Assembly (NCBI GenBank): GCA_937926875.1
Contig: CALBAX010000015.1
Span: forward strand, 2,412-66,411
Direction: 5' to 3'
Source: an uncultured Desulfovibrio sp.
GTDB lineage: Bacteria; Desulfobacterota; Desulfovibrionia; Desulfovibrionales; Desulfovibrionaceae
Length of the DNA: 64,000 bases
Shown: one piece after another, positions 30,043-40,204 of the stretch
How the letters are laid out: every line of letters starts with the position of its first letter
How positions within the stretch are numbered: position 1 is the first letter of the stretch
Made by a program: the position numbers and the translations under genes
Notes under the pieces: generated by a model
The model's database searches: none
Told to the model about the DNA's origin: nothing
Seen by the model: the letters and a program-made list of their open reading frames with translations, nothing else

Positions 30043-31354
30043 CCTCCTTACGGATTTCATCCTCAGGCAGACGTATGCCGATCTTCCCGGACCGATCCGC
30101 CACCAGGCAAAGCGCTGCCTGCTGGACAGCATGGGCGCCCTGTCCGCCGGTGCGGTCACGCCGCTGGCCCGCCTGACCGCCCGCACGGCTGAACGTTTTT
30201 TCCAGGGCGGGGAATGCACCCTGATCGCCAGCGGCAAGAAGGTCTCCCCCCTGGGGGCCAGCATGGCCAACGGCTTCGCGTCCAATGCCCTTGATGTGGA
30301 GCACGGCTACCGGCCCGCCCAGGGACGCCCCGGCGCGGCCCTGACGCCGGTGATGCTGGCTGCCGCCGAGATGGCGGAAACGCCTCCCTCGGGCACGGAC
30401 ATGCTGGCTGCCGTGGCCGTGGGCTACGAGGTGGGGATGCGCTCCGGCATGTACTGGAACCGGGATCATGCCCGCGTCTATACTTCCGGCCTCTGGGGCG
30501 CCATCGGCGCCGTGGCTGCCGCCGGCCGTATCCTCGGCCTGGAGGAAGACGTCCTGCTCCAGGCGCTGAACTGCGCCGATTACCACGGCCCGGTAGGCTT
30601 CATCGCCCGCGGTGTGGCCACCCCCTGCATGGCCAAGGACGGCGTCGGCTGGGGGGCCCATACGGCCATGATGTCCATCCTGCTGGCGCAGGCCGGCTTC
30701 ACTTCCCCCCTGCTGGATTTCGACGCCGCGCTGGCCGAAGAACTGGGAAGCCGCTGGCGCATGGCGGATCTGTACTTCAAGCCCTACTGCTGCTGCCGCT
30801 GGGCACAGGCCTCCATCGCAGGCGCGCTCAAGATCGTCAGGGAAAACCGCCTTGCCGTCAGCAACATCCGCCGTCTTGTCATCCATACCTTCTCCAAGGC
30901 GGCATCGCTCAGCCGCGAGCACCCCACGCATACGGACGCGGCCCAGTACAACATCACCTACCCCATCGCCGTGGCCCTGCTGGACGGCCAGATCAGCGGG
31001 GCCCAGGTCCTGCCGCCGCGCATCTTCGACAAGGACGTCCTGGAGCTTGCCGACATGATCGAAGTAGTGGTGGAAGACCGCTTCGAAGAGCGCTTCCCGG
31101 CCCGGACGTTCTCCGAAGTCTGCATCACCACCACGGACGGCAGGGAGCTGCGGTCCGGGGAGCTGGAGCCCCAGTGGGAACCTGCCGACAGCCCCTCCGA
31201 TGAAGAGCTGCTGGACAAGTTCACCCGCCTGACCGCCCCCGTCTTCGGTGAGCAGGAATGCGCCCGCATGCGGGAGGCCATCTGGCATGCGGAAGATCTG
31301 GACAATGCGCTGGACATCTGGCCGCGCACCCTTGCCCGCCATATCGAGGAGTAA
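30023..31354 (+). CDS. MmgE/PrpD family protein (2-methylcitrate dehydratase superfamily)
   Basis: 443 aa; AAGGAG RBS; starts inside the 3' end of the transporter gene (20-nt overlap). MmgE/PrpD N- and C-domain conservation. Confidence 0.75.
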   Translation: MMPSPANLLTDFILRQTYADLPGPIRHQAKRCLLDSMGALSAGAVTPLARLTARTAERFFQGGECTLIASGKKVSPLGASMANGFASNALDVEHGYRPAQGRPGAALTPVMLAAAEMAETPPSGTDMLAAVAVGYEVGMRSGMYWNRDHARVYTSGLWGAIGAVAAAGRILGLEEDVLLQALNCADYHGPVGFIARGVATPCMAKDGVGWGAHTAMMSILLAQAGFTSPLLDFDAALAEELGSRWRMADLYFKPYCCCRWAQASIAGALKIVRENRLAVSNIRRLVIHTFSKAASLSREHPTHTDAAQYNITYPIAVALLDGQISGAQVLPPRIFDKDVLELADMIEVVVEDRFEERFPARTFSEVCITTTDGRELRSGELEPQWEPADSPSDEELLDKFTRLTAPVFGEQECARMREAIWHAEDLDNALDIWPRTLARHIEE

Positions 31355-31358
31355 GCCT

Positions 31359-31733
31359 ATGGACATGATCCAGAGCACAGGGGCCCCGGCGGCCATCGGT
31401 CCCTATTCGCAGGCCGTGGATACCGGCAGCACCGTCTACCTGAGCGGCCAGATCGGCCAGGACCCCGCCAGCGGGCAGATCGTCGCCGGCTTCAAGGCCC
31501 AGACCATCCGGGCTCTCGAAAACCTGAAAGCCGTGCTTGCCGCTGCCGGCATGACGCTCGAAAACATGGCCCAGGTCGATGTTTTTGTGACGGACATGCG
31601 CAACTTTGAGGACTTCAACGCCATCTATTCCACCTACTTCCCCACCTACAAGCCGGCACGACTGTTCGTCGAGGTCCGGGGGCTCTGCCCGGGAGCAGAG
31701 GTCGAGATCCGCGGTATCGCATGCAGGCGGTAG
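31359..31733 (+). CDS. ridA: RidA/YjgF family reactive enamine/imine deaminase
   Basis: 124 aa, MDMIQSTGAPAAIGPYSQAV...; canonical RidA. Begins 5 nt after the PrpD-like stop. Confidence 0.85.
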   Translation: MDMIQSTGAPAAIGPYSQAVDTGSTVYLSGQIGQDPASGQIVAGFKAQTIRALENLKAVLAAAGMTLENMAQVDVFVTDMRNFEDFNAIYSTYFPTYKPARLFVEVRGLCPGAEVEIRGIACRR

Positions 31734-31752
31734 CCCCGCCGGCATGAGACCG

Positions 31753-31797
31753 GCCTGCCCGGGAACGGTTCCGCACAACTCCGTTCCCCGGGCAGGC
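31753..31797 (+). terminator. GC-rich hairpin after ridA (possible terminator, no U-run)
   Basis: GCCTGCCCGGGAACGG-12 nt loop-CCGTTCCCCGGGCAGGC. Confidence 0.35.
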
Positions 31798-31902
31798 TCC
31801 ATCCCCCTCCCCCGGGCGGACACGGGGGGCAGCATGGACTTTGGCCCTGTTTTGGCTTATCAAGATACTCTTCAATCTTCGTAACCCAATGCAGGATATA
31901 CC

Positions 31903-33708
31903 ATGCCCAGTCTGGATCATATTCGCAATTTCTGCATCATCGCCCATATCGACCACGGCAAGTCCACCCTTGCCGACCGCATCCTTGAGCTGACCAAGGT
32001 CGTCAGCCAGCGCGAGGCCCGCCAGCAGTACCTGGACAGGATGGATCTGGAACGCGAGCGCGGCATCACCATCAAGGCGCAGACCGTGCGCATCCCCTAT
32101 GTGGCCGCTAACGGAGAGGAGTATGAGCTGAACCTCATCGACACGCCCGGACACGTGGACTTCAACTACGAAGTTTCGCGTTCCCTGGCCGCCTGCGAAG
32201 GCGCGCTGCTGGTGGTGGACGCCACCCAGGGCGTGGAGGCCCAGACACTGGCCAACGTCTACCTGGCGCTGGACCACGACCACGAGATCGTGCCCGTGCT
32301 GAACAAGATCGACCTGCCCAGCGCCGAGGTGGACCGCGTCAAGGAAGAGATCGAGGAAGCCATCGGCCTGGACTGCACCGACGCCCTGCCCGTGTCTGCC
32401 AAGACCGGCCTGGGCGTGGACGCCGTGCTGGAAGCCATCGTCCACCGCCTGCCCGCGCCGGGCGGCGATCCGGACGCCCCCCTCAAGGCCCTGATCTTCG
32501 ACTCCTGGTACGACAGCTACCAGGGCGTGGTGGTGCTCTTCCGCGTGGTGGACGGCCGGGTGAAGCTGGGCGACATGGTGCGCCTCATGAGCACCGGCAA
32601 GGAATATGAAGTGCTGCGCCTGGGCGTGTTCTCGCCCGAGGCCACGGACGTGAAGGAACTGCACGCCGGCGAGGTGGGCTTCCTTTGCGGCAGCATCAAG
32701 TCCCTGGGCGATGCCCGCGTGGGCGATACCATCACCCTGGCGGCCAATCCGGCCACCGAGCCCGTGCCCGGCTTCAAGGAAGTGAAGCCCATGGTCTTCT
32801 GCGGCCTCTACCCCTCGGAATCCGACGATTACGAGAACCTCAAGGCCGCGCTGGAAAAGCTCCAGCTCAACGATGCCGCCTTCAGCTTCGAGCCCGAGAC
32901 CTCCCAGGCCCTGGGCTTCGGCTTCCGCTGCGGCTTCCTGGGCCTCTTGCACATGGAGATCATCCAGGAACGTCTGGAACGCGAATTCGAGGTGGACCTC
33001 ATCGCTACGGCGCCCTCGGTCATCTACCGGGTGGACACCACCGACGGCAAGACGCTGGAGATCGACAACCCGGCCCACCTGCCCGACTCCACCAAGATCA
33101 AGGCCCTTTACGAGCCCTATGTGAGCATGGACATCCACGTGCCCAACGAATACGTGGGCAATGTCATGAAGCTCTGCGAGGACAAGCGCGGCACCCAGAA
33201 GAACCTGCACTATCTGGCCGCCAACCGCGTGGTGGTGACCTACGAGCTGCCCTTCGCCGAGATCGTCTATGACTTCTTCGACCGGCTCAAGTCCTGCACG
33301 CGCGGCTACGCCAGCATGGACTACCAGCCCATCGACTACCGCGAATCCGATCTGGTGCGCCTGGACATCCTGCTCAACAGCGAGCCCGTGGACGCCCTGG
33401 CCGTCATCGTGCACCGCGACCGCGCCTATACCTACGGCCGCTCGCTGGCCCTCAAGCTCAAGCGCACCATCCCGCGCCAGCTCTTCCAGGTGGCCATCCA
33501 GGCGGCCATCGGGCAGAAGATCATCGCCCGCGAGACCGTGTCCGCCTTCCGCAAGGACGTGACCGCCAAGTGCTACGGCGGCGACATCACCCGCAAGCGC
33601 AAGCTGCTGGAAAAGCAGAAGGAAGGCAAAAAGCGCATGAAGCGCATGGGCAACGTGGAGCTGCCGCAGGAAGCCTTCCTGGCCGCCCTCAAGGTGGGCG
33701 ACGAGTAA
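31903..33708 (+). CDS. lepA: elongation factor 4 (LepA)
   Basis: 601 aa, [12 protein letters not shown]1 motif; conserved LepA C-terminal domain. Confidence 0.97.
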   Translation: MPSLDHIRNFCIIAHIDHGKSTLADRILELTKVVSQREARQQYLDRMDLERERGITIKAQTVRIPYVAANGEEYELNLIDTPGHVDFNYEVSRSLAACEGALLVVDATQGVEAQTLANVYLALDHDHEIVPVLNKIDLPSAEVDRVKEEIEEAIGLDCTDALPVSAKTGLGVDAVLEAIVHRLPAPGGDPDAPLKALIFDSWYDSYQGVVVLFRVVDGRVKLGDMVRLMSTGKEYEVLRLGVFSPEATDVKELHAGEVGFLCGSIKSLGDARVGDTITLAANPATEPVPGFKEVKPMVFCGLYPSESDDYENLKAALEKLQLNDAAFSFEPETSQALGFGFRCGFLGLLHMEIIQERLEREFEVDLIATAPSVIYRVDTTDGKTLEIDNPAHLPDSTKIKALYEPYVSMDIHVPNEYVGNVMKLCEDKRGTQKNLHYLAANRVVVTYELPFAEIVYDFFDRLKSCTRGYASMDYQPIDYRESDLVRLDILLNSEPVDALAVIVHRDRAYTYGRSLALKLKRTIPRQLFQVAIQAAIGQKIIARETVSAFRKDVTAKCYGGDITRKRKLLEKQKEGKKRMKRMGNVELPQEAFLAALKVGDE

Positions 33709-33730
33709 GCGGCGTTTTCTGTACGGACGT

Positions 33731-33762
33731 AAAAAGGCCACCCCGCAGGGTGGCCTTTTTTC
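33731..33762. terminator. Bidirectional rho-independent terminator between convergent lepA and the membrane-protein gene
   Basis: AAAAAGGCCACCC-cgca-GGGTGGCCTTTTTT. Confidence 0.75.
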
Positions 33763-33838
33763 ATGCATCACGACCGGACAGGGCCGGGCAGCACATGCTG
33801 ACGGCCTTGCTGGCGCCCGCCCCCTCCCGGCCGGTCCG

Positions 33839-34942
33839 TCAGCTGGCGGCTTTCTTCTTCCCGGCCGGAGGACGGGGCATCGTGCGCCGGGCCCGGCGTT
33901 CCGCGGCGCCGAACACGCATTCTTCCCGCGCCACGGGCAGGGCGTCCTCCCGGATCTTGCGGCGCTGCCGCCAGGCTTCCAGATGCGGCTTGCCGTAAAG
34001 CACGCCCTCACGCGGTTCCGGGGCCTCCGGCACCTTGCCGTAGGAAGGGGGCAGGTGCTCCGTCTCGCGGGAAGAGGCGGGCAGCTGGGGGCCACGCAGG
34101 GCCGCGGGCCGGAAATATCTGGTGGCCCAGGTCAGGGCCAGCACGTAGGCGGCCGCGAACAGGCTGGCGGCCGTGTCCCACGGCGGGGTGGCCGAAAGGG
34201 CCAGGCGCATCATCAGCGTGCCGATCACGAAGCCGGAATTGCGGAACACGGCATGGAAGGACGGCATGTAGCGCTGCGAGATGAGGACCAGCGCGATGTC
34301 GGCGAAGATCAGCACCGTATAGATGGTCTCGAAAAAGCGCATGTCCTCGCCGGTGTGGATATGGATCCAGGCGTCCCGGATGCCGATGCCCAGGAAGATG
34401 GCGAACAGCGTCAGCGAGAGCAGCTTTTTGCTGATGACGAAACGCATGCGCATCTCCGGGCTCTGGATGTAGGCATAGCTGGAAGCCAGCCGCCCGTAGA
34501 TGCCCAGGGCCACGAAGATCCCCAGGGCCCCCAGCGCCGTGACCGCGATGTGGATGACGGGATCGAGGTTCCCGGCGATGCTCACCGGTTCGGGCAGGTG
34601 TGCCAGTTCCTTGAAGGCATTGCGCAGCAGGATCAGGGCCAGGATCTCGAACTGCTTGCCCACGGACCGTGAAAAGGACGTGGAGATGATGAAGATCAGG
34701 CTCATGACCTCCAGGCCCAGGATCAGGGTGAAGGCCAGCTGGATGGCGCTGAAATGGCTGTGGGGCGTCAGCTGGGCCAGGGCGGGCGGCAGCATGCCCT
34801 GCCGCTTGAGCTCCACGCAGCACAGGGCCGCCACGTAGATCCAGAAGATGACCAGCGCCACCTTGCGCTGGACGTGGGCACGCTCCCAATTGTGGTGCAG
34901 CCAGTCAAAAATATCTGTGAGCCATTGCAGCTTGAGCAGCAT
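33839..34942 (-). CDS. hypothetical integral membrane protein with a basic cytoplasmic C-terminal tail
   Basis: 367 aa, about 7 predicted transmembrane helices; AAGGAGA RBS before the ATG at 34942. I do not recognise a family. Confidence 0.55.
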   Translation of the reverse strand: MLLKLQWLTDIFDWLHHNWERAHVQRKVALVIFWIYVAALCCVELKRQGMLPPALAQLTPHSHFSAIQLAFTLILGLEVMSLIFIISTSFSRSVGKQFEILALILLRNAFKELAHLPEPVSIAGNLDPVIHIAVTALGALGIFVALGIYGRLASSYAYIQSPEMRMRFVISKKLLSLTLFAIFLGIGIRDAWIHIHTGEDMRFFETIYTVLIFADIALVLISQRYMPSFHAVFRNSGFVIGTLMMRLALSATPPWDTAASLFAAAYVLALTWATRYFRPAALRGPQLPASSRETEHLPPSYGKVPEAPEPREGVLYGKPHLEAWRQRRKIREDALPVAREECVFGAAERRARRTMPRPPAGKKKAAS

Positions 34943-35206
34943 GGGGAATCTCCTTTCCGGGGATCAGGTGTGGCGCACAGCATCTTTCAAGTTCGGGAAA
35001 ATGTAAAGAGGACAAGGCATGGCAGTCATGACAGGAATCGTTCCTGAAGCTTTTTTTCCCCGCCTTGTGCCACAACGGCCCCAGCATGGGGACGCGCTTG
35101 CCTTGCGCGGCCAATAGCAGTAAAAAACAAGGTTTCTCCACTTGTGCATCCGGCCCGCCAGGTCCGCGCACAAGGAAAATGCAGAAGACAACGAGGTACC
35201 TACGCC

Positions 35207-38200
35207 ATGGCTCACAAGGGTCCGCACATATCCATCTCGCCTGACTATGTGGTCAACCGCATCCTGCGTATCAATATCGACGACTTCGCGGAGTGGCCCG
35301 AGTCTGTGCGGCATCTGGCCATTGCCATTGCCGAAGAACTGTTCCTGGTGGCCTACAACCCCTTCATCAACGTGGAGACCGTGCGCAACAGCGTGCACGC
35401 CCGCTTCGAGCGGGAATCCATGGCCCTGGCCCACTATTTCGCCAACGCCATCGGCGAAGGCATCACCATGTTCTGGTCCGCCTACGAGGCCGAACGCAGT
35501 TTCCGCGAAGAACTGATCTCCGCCCTGCGCAACATCCTGCCTGGCGAGTGCATCCTTTCCTCGCCCTCCGCCCTGGTGGCCTCGGCCACGGACGCCACGG
35601 ACCTGCGCATGGAACTGCCCCTGCTGGTGGTGGAGCCCGACAGCGCCGAACAGGTGGCGGCCCTGGTGAAGCTGGCCAATGACATGAAGTTCGCCCTCAT
35701 CCCGCGTGGCGGCGGCTCCGGCATGACCGGCGGCGCCGTGCCCGCCCGCAAGCGTACCGTCATCGTCAGCCTCACCCGCCTGACCAAGATCGGCCCCATC
35801 GACCTTGAGGACATGACCGTCACCGTGGAAGCCGGCGCCATCACCCAGAACGTCATCAAGGCCGTGGATGCGGCCGGGGCGCTCTTCTCCGTGGACCCGG
35901 CCTCCAAGCAGGCCTCGTCCATCGGCGGCAACGTCTCCGAGAACGCCGGCGGCCCCAGCGCCTTCGAATACGGCACCACCCTGGACAACCTGCTCTGGTG
36001 GCGCATGGTCACCCCCACGGGCGAGATCATCAGCGTGGAACGCGAGAACCATCCCCGCCACAAGATCCTGCCCGAAGAAACGGCCGTGTTCGTGGTCAAG
36101 GACATCAGCGGCGGCGTGCGCAACGTCATCCACCTGCGCGGCGACGAGATCCGCCTGCCCGGCCTGGGCAAGGACGTGACCAACAAGGCCCTGGGCGGCC
36201 TGCCCGGCATGCAGAAGGAAGGCGTGGACGGCATCATCACCGAAGCCTGCTTCATCATCCATCCCAAGCCCAGGTTCAAGCGCGTCATGGTGCTGGAATT
36301 CTTCGGCCGCTCCATGCACCCCGCCGCCGTGGTGGTGCGCGAGCTGGTGGGCCTGCGCAACCGCATCCGCCAGGAAGGCGACTACGCCCACCTGTCCGCC
36401 CTGGAGGAATTCAACGCCAAGTACGTGCAGGCCATCGACTACAAGCGCAAGTCCCAGAAGTACGAGGGCCTGCCCATCTCGGTCATCATCCTCCAGGTGG
36501 ACGGCGACGACCCCTACCTGCTGGACAAGTGCGTCAACGACATCGTCTGCGTGGTGGAAGAACAGGACAACGTGGACATCATCGTGGCCCAGGACGACAA
36601 GGAAGGCGAGCGCTTCTGGGAAGACCGGCACCGCCTGTCGGCCATCGCCAAGCGCACGTCCGGCTTCAAGCTCAACGAGGACGTGGTCATCCCCATGGAC
36701 CGCATCCCGGATTTCGCCCTCTTCCTCGAACAGCTCAACCTGGAATGCACGGCCCAGGCCTACCGCTACGCCTTGCAGGAAGTGGGCCGTCTGCCCGGCT
36801 TCCCCATGGAAGACAAGGAATTCAACCGCGAGTTCTCCTTCGCCTCCAAGGTGGCGTCCGGCGACAACCCGCAGGCCGAGCTTTCCGATACCGAGCTCTG
36901 GAAGCGGGCCGAAGCCTTTTTGGCCGGCATGGGCCAGAAGTATGCCCATCTGGACAAGAAGATCTCCAAGATCCGCGATTACATGGAAGCCAGCCGCATC
37001 GTGGTGGCCAGCCACATGCATGCCGGTGACGGCAACTGTCACGTGAACATCCCGGTCAATTCCAACGACGCCCACATGCTGGAAGAGGCCGAAGAGACCG
37101 CGGCCCGCGTCATGGCCGAATGCCAGGAGATGGGCGGCGAGGTCTCCGGGGAACACGGCATCGGCATCACCAAGATCTCCTTCCTCGGCAAGAGCAAGAT
37201 GGACGCCCTGCGCGCCTTCAAGGAACGCGTGGACCCCCGCGACGTCATGAACCCGGCCAAGCTGGTGCATCGCGAACTGCCCGTGCGTCCCTTCACCTTC
37301 TCCTTCAACCGGCTCATCAACGACATCCACGCCAGCGGCCTGCCGGACAAGGAAAAGCTCATCAGCCTGCTGTCCACGGTGCAGGTCTGCACCCGCTGCG
37401 GCAAGTGCAAACAGGTCTGCTCCATGTGCTATCCCGAGCGCTCCATGCAGTACCATCCCCGCAACAAGAACATGGTGCTGGGCATGCTGCTGGAGGCCGT
37501 CTATTACTCGCAGGTCAACAAGGGCACCATCGACGACAACCTGCTGCGCTGGCTGCGCGACCTGGTGGAACACTGCACGGCCTGCGGCCGCTGCCTGGCC
37601 AACTGCCCGGTCAAGATCCCGTCCGGCGAAGTGGCCCTGACCCTGCGCTCCCTGCTGGAGCACGAGAACGCCGGCGGGCATCCCATCAAGAAACGGGCCC
37701 TGGAGTGGCTGGTGCAGGACGTGTCGTCCCGCGTGCCCAAGGCGGCCAAGATGGCTTCGCTGGGCCAGAAGGTGCAGAACAAGCTGCTGGGCATGGTGCC
37801 CTCCATGTGGAAGCAGCGCATGCAGAGCCCCATCTTTGCGGGCAGCGGCCCCAAGATGGGCTATACCAACCTTTATGAATCCCTGCGTCTGCACCGCGGT
37901 TCCGTGTTCGCGCCCAGGGAAGTGACGCCGGGCATGCCCTGCGTGCTCTACTTCCCCGGCTGCGGCGGCTCGCTCTTTTATGACCGCATCGGTCTGGCGG
38001 CCATCATGCTGCTGCTGCACACCGGCCACGCCGTGGCCGTGCCGCCGCGCCACCTGTGCTGCGGCTATCCCCTGCTGGCCGCGGGCATGGATACCGAATA
38101 TGAAGACAACATGGCCCAGAACCGCCAGTATCTGGCCTCCATGCTGCGCAACCTCGTCAAGCAGGGCTTCGACGTGCGCTACCTGGCCACGGCCTGCGGT

Positions 38201-38773
38201 TCCTGCCGTGACAGCCTGGCCCGCATGAAGCTCGACGAGCAGTTCCCGCAGCTGGAACAGAAGGACGTGAGCCAGATCGTCCTGCCCCTGCTCCAGCACG
38301 AGAGCATGGAAGCCCCGGTGGCCCCCGGCACCAGCGTGCTCTACCACGCGGCCTGCCACTGCGAATGGGCGGGCGTGCCCACCCTCAAGGGACAGGCCCA
38401 GCTCACCGGCGCCCTGGAACAGCTCTGCAAGGTCAAGGTCAGCACCATCCCCGGCTGCTGCGGCGAATCCGGCATGGGCGCCGTGACCTCCCCCACCATC
38501 TACAACCTGTTGCGCGCCCGCAAAAAGGAACGCCTGGCCCAGGCTTTCGAGCCCCAGCCCCAGACCGGCGCCTGCTACGCCGGGCCCATCCTGGTGGGCT
38601 GCCCGTCCTGCAAGATCGGCATCGCCCGCTGCCTCATCCAGCTCAAGGAAAAGCACCCCGTGCTGCATGTGCTGGAATGGCTGGCCAACCAGGTGGACGG
38701 AGAGGACCGCCGCCAGCGCTTCCGCCGCCGGGCCAACGAGACCCGCGGCGACGTGCGCATCGTCCAGAGCTAA
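35207..38773 (+). CDS. YdiJ-like multidomain FAD-linked oxidase / Fe-S oxidoreductase (DUF3683-FAD_binding_4-4Fe4S-CCG domains)
   Basis: 1188 aa. FAD-binding PCMH domain (ALIPRGGGSGMTGGAVP), FAD-oxidase C-terminal domain, two ferredoxin-like CxxCxxC(x)3CP motifs and two cysteine-rich CCG motifs (CCG...C and GCCGESG). Confidence 0.8.
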   Translation: MAHKGPHISISPDYVVNRILRINIDDFAEWPESVRHLAIAIAEELFLVAYNPFINVETVRNSVHARFERESMALAHYFANAIGEGITMFWSAYEAERSFREELISALRNILPGECILSSPSALVASATDATDLRMELPLLVVEPDSAEQVAALVKLANDMKFALIPRGGGSGMTGGAVPARKRTVIVSLTRLTKIGPIDLEDMTVTVEAGAITQNVIKAVDAAGALFSVDPASKQASSIGGNVSENAGGPSAFEYGTTLDNLLWWRMVTPTGEIISVERENHPRHKILPEETAVFVVKDISGGVRNVIHLRGDEIRLPGLGKDVTNKALGGLPGMQKEGVDGIITEACFIIHPKPRFKRVMVLEFFGRSMHPAAVVVRELVGLRNRIRQEGDYAHLSALEEFNAKYVQAIDYKRKSQKYEGLPISVIILQVDGDDPYLLDKCVNDIVCVVEEQDNVDIIVAQDDKEGERFWEDRHRLSAIAKRTSGFKLNEDVVIPMDRIPDFALFLEQLNLECTAQAYRYALQEVGRLPGFPMEDKEFNREFSFASKVASGDNPQAELSDTELWKRAEAFLAGMGQKYAHLDKKISKIRDYMEASRIVVASHMHAGDGNCHVNIPVNSNDAHMLEEAEETAARVMAECQEMGGEVSGEHGIGITKISFLGKSKMDALRAFKERVDPRDVMNPAKLVHRELPVRPFTFSFNRLINDIHASGLPDKEKLISLLSTVQVCTRCGKCKQVCSMCYPERSMQYHPRNKNMVLGMLLEAVYYSQVNKGTIDDNLLRWLRDLVEHCTACGRCLANCPVKIPSGEVALTLRSLLEHENAGGHPIKKRALEWLVQDVSSRVPKAAKMASLGQKVQNKLLGMVPSMWKQRMQSPIFAGSGPKMGYTNLYESLRLHRGSVFAPREVTPGMPCVLYFPGCGGSLFYDRIGLAAIMLLLHTGHAVAVPPRHLCCGYPLLAAGMDTEYEDNMAQNRQYLASMLRNLVKQGFDVRYLATACGSCRDSLARMKLDEQFPQLEQKDVSQIVLPLLQHESMEAPVAPGTSVLYHAACHCEWAGVPTLKGQAQLTGALEQLCKVKVSTIPGCCGESGMGAVTSPTIYNLLRARKKERLAQAFEPQPQTGACYAGPILVGCPSCKIGIARCLIQLKEKHPVLHVLEWLANQVDGEDRRQRFRRRANETRGDVRIVQS

Positions 38774-38793
38774 ACGAGAGATGACACTGATAT

Positions 38794-38924
38794 GAGAGGG
38801 GAAGGGGACGTTATCGCTGCTGTCGCTGTCCGTCGCTTCCTCCATGGCGCCGGACACGGCCCTGCGGGCCACCTCCGGCGGCGTCCCCCTCCTCTCCCAT
38901 GCTCCCCCATCCTTCGAAAAACGC
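38794..38924. repeat. GC-rich palindromic intergenic element, copy F (long form with internal core)
   Basis: Arms GAGAGGGGAAGGGGACG ... CGTCCCCCTCCTCTC enclosing a 70-nt core homologous to copy E (shared CACGGCCCTGCGGGCC and GCTGTCGCTGTCCGTCGCTTCCT). Tail CCATGCTCCCCCATCCTTCGAAAAACGC. Confidence 0.65.
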
Positions 38925-39002
38925 TCACAGGAGCCTGAGGGCTCCACGGCCCTGCCCGCCGCCATGCGCTGCCGCATGACGCACAGGCCCAAAGGAAACG
39001 CC

Positions 39003-39506
39003 ATGGAAAGAAAGGAAGTCACCCGCATGCTGGTGGGTGTCCGGCCCCAGGGGCAGGGCACCATCCGCGTCGTGGGCGCCAAGCTGCACGGCATCGTGGT
39101 CACGGAATCCAAACTCAACTACCACGGCTCCATCACCATCGACACCGACATCCTCGAAGCAGCCAGCCTGCTGCCGCTGGAATACGTCTACATCTGGAAC
39201 AAGCACAGCGGCTCCCGCATCGAGACCTATGTGCTGCCCGGCCCGCGCGGCAGCGGCGTGGTCTGCCTCAACGGCGCCGCGGCCCGTACCTGCCAGGTGG
39301 GCGACGAGATCATCGTGGCCTCTTCCCGCGAGATCCCCGTCAGCGACTATCACGAGGGCTTCTCCTGCCGCGTGCTGACCTTCGACCAGAACGGCGGGCT
39401 GCCCAACCGCGTGGCCGAAAAGCTGGAATACCGCGTGGCCGCCAAGGACGACGGCACGGAATTCGTCATCATGGACATGGGCACCGGTCAGGAATGGATC
39501 GGCTAG
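39003..39506 (+). CDS. panD: aspartate 1-decarboxylase proenzyme
   Basis: [21 protein letters not shown] (Gly-Ser self-cleavage site) and VCLNGAAAR motifs. The start is uncertain: ATG at 39003 or 39027, both with an AGGA-type RBS. Confidence 0.85.
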   Translation: MERKEVTRMLVGVRPQGQGTIRVVGAKLHGIVVTESKLNYHGSITIDTDILEAASLLPLEYVYIWNKHSGSRIETYVLPGPRGSGVVCLNGAAARTCQVGDEIIVASSREIPVSDYHEGFSCRVLTFDQNGGLPNRVAEKLEYRVAAKDDGTEFVIMDMGTGQEWIG

Positions 39507-39523
39507 ACAGGCTGTTTTGACAT

Positions 39524-39612
39524 GAAAGGGAAGGGAGCTTGACCGCCGCTGCCGCTCCTGTGGCTTCCGGCGGGAAAACCTCCCCTTCCCCCTCATGCTC
39601 CCCCATCCTGCA
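39524..39612. repeat. GC-rich palindromic intergenic element, copy G (intermediate form)
   Basis: Arms GAAAGGGAAGGGAG ... CTCCCCTTCCCCCTC with a shortened core (GCTGCCGCTCCTGTGGCTTCC). Tail ATGCTCCCCCATCCTGCAAACGGCGCGC is nearly identical to the tail of copy F. Confidence 0.6.
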
Positions 39613-40204
39613 AACGGCGCGCACAAGGGACCTGGCGTTTCCTCTGCGCCGCCCCGCTGATGGCCACCGCCCCCCCATGACGGCAGGACACCGCGGACAC
39701 GGCCAGCCTCCCCTTCGTGCCTTCCCCATCTGCCCCGCTCCCCACAGCACAGGAGCCCACCGGGCATTGCCCCGCTCTTTTCCCACCGGGCCCGCTCCCC
39801 CGCAGCACCGGGGGACCATCCGGACGCGCGCAGTCTGCCGTGCCACATCACCTGCCCATCCTTCTGCAAAAAGCGCGTTGGGGGAGGATGGGGGCTCGGG
39901 GGGAAGGTGGGCCCCCTGTGCGCCAGCCAAGGGTCCCTTCTTCCCCCGAAACCATCCATGTCTGCCCTCCTGTCCGCACTTGCGAAAGCAGCAACGGATT
40001 TTTATACTTGCATGTTGGCCGGGCGACCGCATGGCATGCCGCCATGTCCCGCGGCCCGGGGCCGAAAACGCCCGTCACGGCGCGAGAGCGCGCGTTCCTC
40101 CCCTGTTCCGGCAGGAGCCATGCACGCGGGGAAACGCTGTCCACGCGCCTGTCCGGGCCCGTTTTTCACTATCTCACCGCTCCAGCCGAGCAGCAGAGGA
40201 AGTT

